A program made the position numbers and the translations under genes. From Candidatus Woesebacteria bacterium RBG_16_42_24 (GTDB taxonomy: Bacteria > Patescibacteriota > Microgenomatia > UBA8517), in contig MGFX01000006.1 of assembly GCA_001792115.1 (NCBI GenBank), positions 146,537 through 210,536 on the forward strand: DNA of 64,000 nt. The letters are read 5' to 3'. Numbering within the stretch: position 1 is the stretch's first letter; every line of letters starts with the position of its first letter. The notes beneath the pieces were generated by a model. The model did no database searches. It saw only the letters and a program-made list of their open reading frames with translations, and had not been told where the DNA came from. Positions 9,170 through 18,030 of this stretch are shown here, one piece after another.

Positions 9170-9589
9170 TTATTTTATGGATTCTTCGAATTTTTTGTGA
9201 GGAGAGTCCGGCTGAGCTTGGACCATTTCTAATTTATTTCCCTCTGGGTCAAAAAGAAATGCTGTAAGATTATTGTCTCGCAGTTTTAAAATTTCAGAAT
9301 CAAAAGCCACCCCCCTCCCCTCCATTTCTTTCTTGGTATTGGCTAGATCATCAACAGTGAAGCTTATGTGACGAACTCCCAGACTTTTTGTATCATCGAA
9401 GACTGGTCTTTTTTCGCCGCCTAAGCAAAGTTCTAAATATTGTCCTTCGGAGATATGAAGAAAGACTATTCTTAAAGACCCGTCGTCATTCGTAATTCGG
9501 AAAGCCTCGGTCAATCCCAATCCCCTGCAATAATAATCCAGCATCTTATCAATGTCTTTTACTCTTATAGCGACGTGTCCAAATCTCAT
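9170..9589 (-). CDS. VOC/glyoxalase family protein
   Basis: HVAIRVKD, YLEL, HISFTVDD, DPEGNKLE. Confidence 0.9.
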   Translation of the reverse strand: MRFGHVAIRVKDIDKMLDYYCRGLGLTEAFRITNDDGSLRIVFLHISEGQYLELCLGGEKRPVFDDTKSLGVRHISFTVDDLANTKKEMEGRGVAFDSEILKLRDNNLTAFLFDPEGNKLEMVQAQPDSPHKKFEESIK

Positions 9590-9627
9590 AGATTAATTCT
9601 AAGTTGGAACCGATCTCAAGACAAATT

Positions 9628-10083
9628 TTAAAATCTGCTTTCGAGCCAGAGCTTGGTGAAGAAGATTGTAAAAATTATAGAAACTACAGTGACACACTGC
9701 CAGATTATTTGGTGTATAAACCAAACAGAATCATTATGGAAAATGGAATGAAACGGAAGCTTTTCGGGCGGATTTCTGTTTATAGTGGAGAATTGCTGGT
9801 TAAACCAATAAATAGTTTCACCCAGACTTCTAACCACCCAAAAAACGGAGATAATTAGAAGGAATAAATACCAGTCGTTTAGCAAATAAGAAACCAGCGA
9901 AGAAGCAATCCAAAATGGGCCAAAAACGACCGCATCTCCCCAAGCGATAATTCCTAATAGATTAAGGTTTGGAGTAAGGCCGTAAGCGTTTTTGCGATAT
10001 TTACATTCATAATATCCCTTCACAAATACCCCAAGATTTACCAGAGCGTAGGCCCAAATAACGAGTTGCTGCCAATTCTCCAT
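9628..10083 (-). CDS. hypothetical membrane protein
   Basis: 151 aa with ~4 hydrophobic helices; TACAAT 6 nt upstream of ATG. Confidence 0.7.
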   Translation of the reverse strand: MENWQQLVIWAYALVNLGVFVKGYYECKYRKNAYGLTPNLNLLGIIAWGDAVVFGPFWIASSLVSYLLNDWYLFLLIISVFWVVRSLGETIYWFNQQFSTINRNPPEKLPFHSIFHNDSVWFIHQIIWQCVTVVSIIFTIFFTKLWLESRF

Positions 10084-10122
10084 ATCTGAATTGTACCTCG
10101 GAGCTAATTTGAAGACAAATTA

Positions 10123-10488
10123 TTAAGTCTGATTTGCGGTTTCTTTATAAGCAGAAAATAAATGGTTTATAGCTTGCTTAGCCATACGTTTATCTTGAAT
10201 TAACTCCCACATAACAATAGCTCCTTGGAGACCAAGTAATAATTTGTATAATGAATACGGGACGGTCTGCGGATTACCCATTATCTCCTGTCTTGCCTGT
10301 GCCCAACTGATAGCGATTTCCCTGGGTGATATATGCTTATCCGCTATTCTTTCGACAAGGACTCTACAAACATCGTAAGGGTATCCACTAGCCAGTGAAC
10401 TATGCTTCCTGAGACGGTGCATTAACTCGCCAGAAGATGGCATATTTATTACCTCTTCCACCTCTCCGACCCTTTTTGCTTCAATCAT
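10123..10488 (-). CDS. hypothetical protein
   Basis: 121-aa ORF, extended -10 TGATATAAT 7 nt upstream. Confidence 0.55.
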   Translation of the reverse strand: MIEAKRVGEVEEVINMPSSGELMHRLRKHSSLASGYPYDVCRVLVERIADKHISPREIAISWAQARQEIMGNPQTVPYSLYKLLLGLQGAIVMWELIQDKRMAKQAINHLFSAYKETANQT

Positions 10489-10520
10489 GAAAAGAATTAT
10501 ATCACTATTTAGAGTGAATT

Positions 10521-10787
10521 CTATTTTTTGCCATCGAGACGGGCAACTGGTTTTACCCCCTTAAAAGTGCCGTTTAAAAATTGAGTTACTAGCCGGTTTA
10601 CTTTTTCTCTATATAACCAGGCGTAAGCGGAACTAAGTGTTACCTTGGATGAATGTAAAGAGCTTCCGGAAATTAGACGTACATCTTCAACGGTAGGATG
10701 GATACCTCTTTTTATGGTTTGGACAACCAAAATAATATCATCTCGAGATGGTAAATGACTTCTCTCGTGCATAATTTTTGCGGGCAA
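10521..10787 (-). CDS. hypothetical protein
   Basis: 88-aa ORF; TTG start 6 nt after the TAGAAT of repeat B5. Confidence 0.5.
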   Translation of the reverse strand: MPAKIMHERSHLPSRDDIILVVQTIKRGIHPTVEDVRLISGSSLHSSKVTLSSAYAWLYREKVNRLVTQFLNGTFKGVKPVARLDGKK

Positions 10788-10902
10788 TGGCTAATTCTAC
10801 TCCGAAGCTAATTTGAAGACAATAATTTAGCTTAAGTCTAAAATTGGTTAAGTAGGCTTCACTAGACATTTAACAATCTAAGGTAAATAATTGCTCTGAA
10901 AT

Positions 10903-11595
10903 ATGGAACTAAAAATACACGATTTTCAATTATCAATTCTGCGGGAGCTTCTTTTTAGACCCAACGCGCGCTTTCGGGATTTAAAGAAAGTAGATATTAC
11001 GAATGACCACTTTACTTTTCATTTAAAACAGCTGGTTAAGGAAGGATTGGTTATAAAACAAAACAAGGTTTACAGTCTTACAGACGAAGGAAAAGAGTTT
11101 GCAAATAGAATGGATACTGAGGCACTTAGGATTGAGAGACAGGGGAAAATAGCAGTCGGGCTTCATGCGGTAAGACTTAGAAATGGTAAGACGGAACACC
11201 TTGTACATCAAAGGCTTAAAGAACCCTTTTATGGCTGGTACGGATCCCAGAGCGGAAAAGTAAGGTGGGGAGAAAATCCTTTGGACTGCGCTAAAAGAGA
11301 ATTTAGAGAGGAAACCGGGCTTACAGGAAAATTTACACTTAAGGGAATTGTTCACTACCACCACTTTCATCAAGACGGAAGGTTGCTTGAAGATAAATAT
11401 TTTTGGATTTATAAGGTGGAAAACACAAAGGGAGATTTTATGGAAGAGGTCCCAGAGGGTAAAAATATATGGATAAGTGAGGCCAAATATCGAAAACTGA
11501 AAAACGTTTTTGCAACTTTTGACGAAGTTCGCGAGGTATTAAATAGTAAAAAGCTACTTTATTTAGATAGAGCAAGATTTGTTAAGAGCTACTAA
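10903..11595 (+). CDS. winged-HTH + Nudix hydrolase fusion
   Basis: N-terminal wHTH (FTFHLKQLVKEGLV..YSLTDEG); Nudix box GKVRWGENPLDCAKREFREETGL. Confidence 0.85.
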   Translation: MELKIHDFQLSILRELLFRPNARFRDLKKVDITNDHFTFHLKQLVKEGLVIKQNKVYSLTDEGKEFANRMDTEALRIERQGKIAVGLHAVRLRNGKTEHLVHQRLKEPFYGWYGSQSGKVRWGENPLDCAKREFREETGLTGKFTLKGIVHYHHFHQDGRLLEDKYFWIYKVENTKGDFMEEVPEGKNIWISEAKYRKLKNVFATFDEVREVLNSKKLLYLDRARFVKSY

Positions 11596-11649
11596 AAAGC
11601 TCTCGGTGAGGTTTTAGGTCTTTTCCCCGAAGCTACTTTGAGGACAACC

Positions 11650-13890
11650 CTAGCTGGTGACCGAGACTCGGTATTTTTTGCTCTGCCAGATTCCCCAGAC
11701 GAAAATCGCGATAAGAACGGCAATTGCCACTTTTGCCCCAAAAGTTCCGTGGTACTGGACGATAACCGGCGCGGCAATAAGGCTGACCAGGTTCACAACT
11801 TTAATCATAGGGTTAAGCGCAGGTCCGGCAGTATCCTTTAGTGGATCCCCTACCGTATCTCCCTCAACCGAAGCCTTGTGGGCGTCAGATCCCTTACCTC
11901 CAAAGTGGCCGTCCTCGATAAACTTCTTGGCATTATCGAGTGCGCCTCCGGCAACAGACATATAAACTGCTAAAAGTTGTCCCGTGAGTATTACTCCCGC
12001 AAGAAATGCTCCCAAAGCCTCAACTTCGAAAATAAGTCCCACAAGCAGTGGCAGGGAAACCGAAATAGCCACCAAACTTATTAAGTCTTTTTGGGCTGCG
12101 GCGGTTGTGATACTCACAACCTTTTCGTATTCGGGAGTTTTGGTCCCTTCCATTACCCCAGGAACCTTAAACTGTTTTCTTACTTCTTCAACCACCTTAA
12201 TGGCTGCTCTTGCAACAGCCTTAATGGCAATTGCGGCAAAAAGAAGGGGCAAGGCTCCCCCCAGCAAAAATCCAATTACGGTTGGAAGAGAAGAAATTCG
12301 AATTGATTCAAGAACCTGAACTCCTATTCTTTCCTGTACGATCCCCACGTCTGTTATGAATGAAAAGAAAAGGGCGGTTGCCGCAATAACCGCGGAAGCA
12401 ATTGCCAGCTGTTTGGTTATCGCTTTGGTGGTATTTCCAACAGAGTCCAAGTCCGCCATTATTTTTGCTGCGCTTTCGGGAACCCCAGCCATCTCCCCTA
12501 TTCCGTTGGCATTATCTGCAATTGGTCCGAATGCATCCATCGCTACGTTATTTCCGGTCAGGGACAACATTCCAATTCCGATCATCGCTACCCCGTATAA
12601 CATGTAAATGGGCGGCATTCCCCAGTAGATAAGAAGGCTTGAGGCAAGGGCCGCGCAAATTACGAATACGCTCCAGACCGAAGATTCCATACCAACCCCG
12701 AGACCCGAAAGGATTGTGGTTGCACTTCCGGTTTTGGTTGACTCCGCAATCTCAAGAACGGGCCGCCTCTTGTAAGAAGTGAAGTAAGAGGTAAGAGGAT
12801 TAAATGCAACCGCCAGGGCGATTCCGACGGCATTAAGAAGAGCTAGTTTCCACTCCCCCGCATAAAACATTGCAAAGGCAAAAGCCGAAAGAACCGTAAA
12901 AACACTTGAGAGTTCATAGCTTCTAAACATGGCTTCTTCCGCGTCTTTAGCACGCAGCCATTTCGCTGGAAATTTTTCCCAAATGGGAACGGCTAGCGTT
13001 CCGATGATTGAGGAAACAACTCCAATTGCGCGGACCACTAAGGGGTAAACTATCCAGAAAGACTGACCCGTTAAGTGATAAAGAACAAGCCCTAAAATTA
13101 AAGAAGAAACAATTGTTACTTCGTAAGACTCGAAGATATCGGCTGCCATTCCGGCGCAGTCCCCGACGTTATCCCCGACAAGGTCTGCTACAACCCCCGC
13201 ATTTCTCGGATCATCCTCGGGTAAGTTTTTCTCGACTTTACCCACAAGGTCTGCTCCCATGTCAGCGGCCTTGGTATAAATTCCTCCCCCTATTCTCATA
13301 AAAAGGGCAACGAGTGTTCCTCCGAAACCAAAACCCAGAAGTGCGTCGGGCGCAGCTTTGCCAAAAACCATAAATATAATTGTTCCCCCGAGAAGCCCGA
13401 GTCCGTCCGTAAGCATTCCGGTAAATGTTCCCGCCCTGTAGGCTGTAGTTAAGGCGCCGTTATAATCCCCTTTTACTGCCTTTGCGGTGACCCTCACATT
13501 TCCCTCAATGGCAACCCTCATTCCGAGTTGTCCGACAAGAGTGGAGAAAGTTGCACCAACAATAAAGGCGATAGTTCGGCCTAAAGCGACTATCAAAGTT
13601 GCATTGTCGCCAAATCTGGCAACTGCTTCGCTAGACGGCGGAACAACGTAGACGCTTAAGAAGAGGATCACAATTAATGCAAGAAGCACAAGAGTAATTG
13701 TTTTTAGTTGTTTTCTAAGGTACCCCTCCGCTCCCCGCTTAATAGCTTTCCAGACGGTTTGCATTTTTTCGGTGCCCTTATCCTCTGAAGAAGTTTTCTT
13801 CCAAAGCCAGAGGGCATAGATAAGGGCCGAAAAGGCAACGCCTATTACTCCCCAAATCATCATTTGCTCAAAAGCGGCTAATTCATTCAT
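11650..13890 (-). CDS. hppA: membrane-integral ion-translocating pyrophosphatase, K+-independent type
   Basis: GGIYTKAADMGADLVGKVE, DDPRN, DNVGD, GNTTKA, GDTVGDPLKDTAGP. Confidence 0.95.
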   Translation of the reverse strand: MNELAAFEQMMIWGVIGVAFSALIYALWLWKKTSSEDKGTEKMQTVWKAIKRGAEGYLRKQLKTITLVLLALIVILFLSVYVVPPSSEAVARFGDNATLIVALGRTIAFIVGATFSTLVGQLGMRVAIEGNVRVTAKAVKGDYNGALTTAYRAGTFTGMLTDGLGLLGGTIIFMVFGKAAPDALLGFGFGGTLVALFMRIGGGIYTKAADMGADLVGKVEKNLPEDDPRNAGVVADLVGDNVGDCAGMAADIFESYEVTIVSSLILGLVLYHLTGQSFWIVYPLVVRAIGVVSSIIGTLAVPIWEKFPAKWLRAKDAEEAMFRSYELSSVFTVLSAFAFAMFYAGEWKLALLNAVGIALAVAFNPLTSYFTSYKRRPVLEIAESTKTGSATTILSGLGVGMESSVWSVFVICAALASSLLIYWGMPPIYMLYGVAMIGIGMLSLTGNNVAMDAFGPIADNANGIGEMAGVPESAAKIMADLDSVGNTTKAITKQLAIASAVIAATALFFSFITDVGIVQERIGVQVLESIRISSLPTVIGFLLGGALPLLFAAIAIKAVARAAIKVVEEVRKQFKVPGVMEGTKTPEYEKVVSITTAAAQKDLISLVAISVSLPLLVGLIFEVEALGAFLAGVILTGQLLAVYMSVAGGALDNAKKFIEDGHFGGKGSDAHKASVEGDTVGDPLKDTAGPALNPMIKVVNLVSLIAAPVIVQYHGTFGAKVAIAVLIAIFVWGIWQSKKYRVSVTS

Positions 13891-14007
13891 TAGTATTAAA
13901 ATCGACCCGCGAAGGGGTCACATGCCTTATTCTAAAAAAAGTTTGGAGAATTTGCAATATTTATTTATCTAGTAGAATTTAAGACAGATTTCTTAACGAG
14001 GTAGTTC

Positions 14008-14046
14008 TTGACAAAACTTTACTACGATACTATATAGTATCGTAGT
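14008..14046 (+). promoter_or_regulatory. sigma70-type promoter overlapped by 26-bp perfect palindrome (candidate operator)
   Basis: TTGACA 14008-14013; ACTACGATACTATATAGTATCGTAGT 14021-14046 covers the -10 region. Confidence 0.75.
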
Positions 14047-14049
14047 GAG

Positions 14050-14499
14050 ATGACTAAGGTGTCTAGATTACCATTAAGAAACGATGTTTGGGGTAGGATT
14101 TTCAAACTCTTTATAGAAACACTTGCAGGAGTTAAAGAAGAAACCAAACTAGAGATGTTTGTACGAGACTTTTTTTCGCCCACCGAAAGAATAATGTTTG
14201 CAAAGCGTCTCGCTGCCTCCGTACTTTTGTCTAAGGGTCATAACTATCAAAATATTAGACAAATATTGAGGATAAGCCCCTCGACAATTGCTAGAATAAA
14301 CTTGAAAGTAAAATATGAAGGCAAGGGGCTAAATGTTGTTATTGCAGATATATTGAGAAAACAAGATGCAAGAATTATTTGGAAAGAGATTGAAGATCTG
14401 TTCGATCTTCCCACTAAAGCTAGCTTAAAGTCCCCCGAAAGGTTTAAGAGAGGGCTTGCCCGCCAGCAAGAGATCACCGAACTTAAAGAAAGATTTTAG
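14050..14499 (+). CDS. TrpR-like (YerC/YecD) DNA-binding protein
   Basis: FFSPTERIMFAKRLAASVLL..G.NYQNI...L.ISPSTIAR matches the Trp repressor-like family. Confidence 0.8.
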   Translation: MTKVSRLPLRNDVWGRIFKLFIETLAGVKEETKLEMFVRDFFSPTERIMFAKRLAASVLLSKGHNYQNIRQILRISPSTIARINLKVKYEGKGLNVVIADILRKQDARIIWKEIEDLFDLPTKASLKSPERFKRGLARQQEITELKERF

Positions 14500-14502
14500 C
14501 AG

Positions 14503-14530
14503 CACTACAATACTATATAGTATTGTAGTG
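14503..14530. repeat. 28-bp perfect palindrome, second copy of the upstream site
   Basis: CACTACAATACTATATAGTATTGTAGTG, 3 nt after the stop codon. Confidence 0.85.
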
Positions 14531-14589
14531 TGAGATTAGTGCGTATCTTTAAAAGTTGTGTTTGATTGTCGAAGTAGCGGTAAGCAGAT

Positions 14590-15195
14590 TTAGATTTTCT
14601 TTAGAGAGGAAAGGATTGAGTCCATTTCATCGAGCATGGTTTTGGTTTTCCCTGCTGGAGTAATGTAAGCAATGTGGCCATAGAGAGTTGGGGCCCCCCA
14701 GCCGTATTGGGTTTTGTGACAAATCCCAAAGCCGCTTGAAGATAACTCCTCCCCGGTCCAGCTTCGTCTAAATAAGTCCGAGCTTTGGATGGTGATTTCT
14801 TTAAATGCGTCGTAGCGGGCGCTTGGGCCTTCAGTATCCGCATCCCCCGGGTAAAGGCAGACCGCTCCCCCAAACCCTCCCTGGGTGATTGAGATTTGAT
14901 AAGCGCCTTTTGTAAGAATAATTTTTTCATCGTCGGCCCCCGAGGACTCTCGGGTATCTTGCCAGTCATCAGGAACGCTTAATTCGTACTTGGGGAAGGA
15001 AAGAATCCCGCCTCCGGTAACTTTTTTTGTATTTTTTGCAGGAGTTGTAGGGGTTAAGGTAGGTGAATTTAGGGATGTTTGGGGAGAAGTTGTTTCCGGT
15101 TTCTTTAACGAAAATCCAAATTTGCCTATGCCAAAAGAAAGAGCTGCAACGAGGATGATTATGATTGCTATTAAGATTGGGACAAGATATTTCAT
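14590..15195 (-). CDS. membrane-anchored exported hypothetical protein
   Basis: N-terminal TM, P/T-rich linker, YELSVPDDW and DSILSSLK (PsbP-like pattern). Confidence 0.7.
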   Translation of the reverse strand: MKYLVPILIAIIIILVAALSFGIGKFGFSLKKPETTSPQTSLNSPTLTPTTPAKNTKKVTGGGILSFPKYELSVPDDWQDTRESSGADDEKIILTKGAYQISITQGGFGGAVCLYPGDADTEGPSARYDAFKEITIQSSDLFRRSWTGEELSSSGFGICHKTQYGWGAPTLYGHIAYITPAGKTKTMLDEMDSILSSLKKI

Positions 15196-15196
15196 G

Positions 15197-17197
<2,001 letters not shown>

Positions 17198-17231
17198 TTA
17201 TACCCCAAAATGAGGGTAAATGGAAGGAAAA

Positions 17232-17327
17232 AATCAGTATTCCGGTACTCCGGTATTCCAGTTTTCAGTTTATCGGTTTACCGGTTGACCAGTCTGACTG
17301 GACTACTGGAATACTGGTCAACTGATT
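17232..17327. repeat. degenerate 8-nt tandem units arranged as a long inverted repeat
   Basis: TATTCCGG/TACTCCGG/TATTCCAG... followed by complementary CTGGAATA/CTGGTCAACTGATT. Confidence 0.6.
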
Positions 17328-17923
17328 CTTATAACAAAATTAGTAAGCTGCAAAAGGACATTTCCGTTGGCGTAAAGTGCATTAAGGACTTTAACAGCCT
17401 TTTTTAAATTCTGCGCGTTTTTTACCCAATCCCCATTTCCTTTTACGAGATCTTGGTGCCAGGAGGATATTAATTCATCCAAGAAATTTACGGCCTCCTC
17501 TCTTTTTTTAATGCTATCCACAAATAGTAATTTTTCTGGAGTCTTAAGTCTTAAGAATTCTGATACCTTTTCACTTTCCACTTTTAACTTTTTACTTTTC
17601 ACTCGTATAACCTGGCACCTCGATAAAATGGTGGGAAGGACCTTTTTGGAGGAGGTTGCAGAGAGAACATAATAGAGATTATCCTGAGGCTCCTCCAGAG
17701 CCTTCAAGAAGGCGTTTTGGGCCTCGATGGTCGCCTCATCTATACTCTTAATATATATAGCGCAAGGTCTATCTTGCGAGAGCCTGCTTATGCGAGAAAG
17801 GGCCCGGACATCTTCTATTTTTGCCAGTGGAAAGGGGGTTAGTTGGGCTTTAACCTTTTTTGATAGCTTCTCCACCTCTTTGACTAGGTCCGGGTCACTA
17901 CCTATTAGCAAAAATGAATGCAC
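17318..17923 (-). CDS. holB: DNA polymerase III delta'-like subunit (short)
   Basis: IEDVR, EAQNAFLKALEEP, LPTILSRC. Confidence 0.75.
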   Translation of the reverse strand: MHSFLLIGSDPDLVKEVEKLSKKVKAQLTPFPLAKIEDVRALSRISRLSQDRPCAIYIKSIDEATIEAQNAFLKALEEPQDNLYYVLSATSSKKVLPTILSRCQVIRVKSKKLKVESEKVSEFLRLKTPEKLLFVDSIKKREEAVNFLDELISSWHQDLVKGNGDWVKNAQNLKKAVKVLNALYANGNVLLQLTNFVIRIS

Positions 17924-17960
17924 GGCAAGAGAAGTATTATGAAAGCTATCCCGCTTGTCA

Positions 17961-17982
17961 ATAGTTCGACTTCGCTCACTAT
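17961..17982 (+). repeat. REP-like hairpin (stem-TTCGAC-n-GCTCA-stem)
   Basis: ATAGT TCGACTTCGCTC ACTAT; related copies at 8301-8346 and 53926-53950. Confidence 0.55.
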
Positions 17983-18030
17983 GATACTTCTCTTGCGGGC
18001 GACATCGCCATGAGGCATAATAGTTAAAGT

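Larger units (their letters stand above)
8415..11648 (-). repeat. dispersed intergenic direct repeat family B (minus strand ATAATTTGTCTTCAAA(T/G)TAGCTTCGGAG), 6 copies; four read as TTGTCT-17-TA(G/C)AAT promoters
   Basis: Copies at ~8415-8449, 9145-9173, 9594-9628 (degenerate), 10089-10123, 10792-10826, 11624-11648. Confidence 0.9.

Noticed and set aside
3161-11650. Repeats A/B as a CRISPR array, canonical attC sites or pdif sites
   Set aside because: Intervals are whole genes of 0.3-1.1 kb and no cas genes are present; no attC core/inverse-core hairpin; the right arm does not match the XerD-type TTATG site
11592-13301. Alternative-frame and antisense ORFs over hppA (and similar over gyrB, thrS, typA, phoD)
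   Set aside because: Shadow ORFs of well-supported genes with no motifs
13975-13990. AATTTAAGACAGATT resembling repeat B upstream of hppA
   Set aside because: Lacks the CCGAAGCTA half; too degenerate to count
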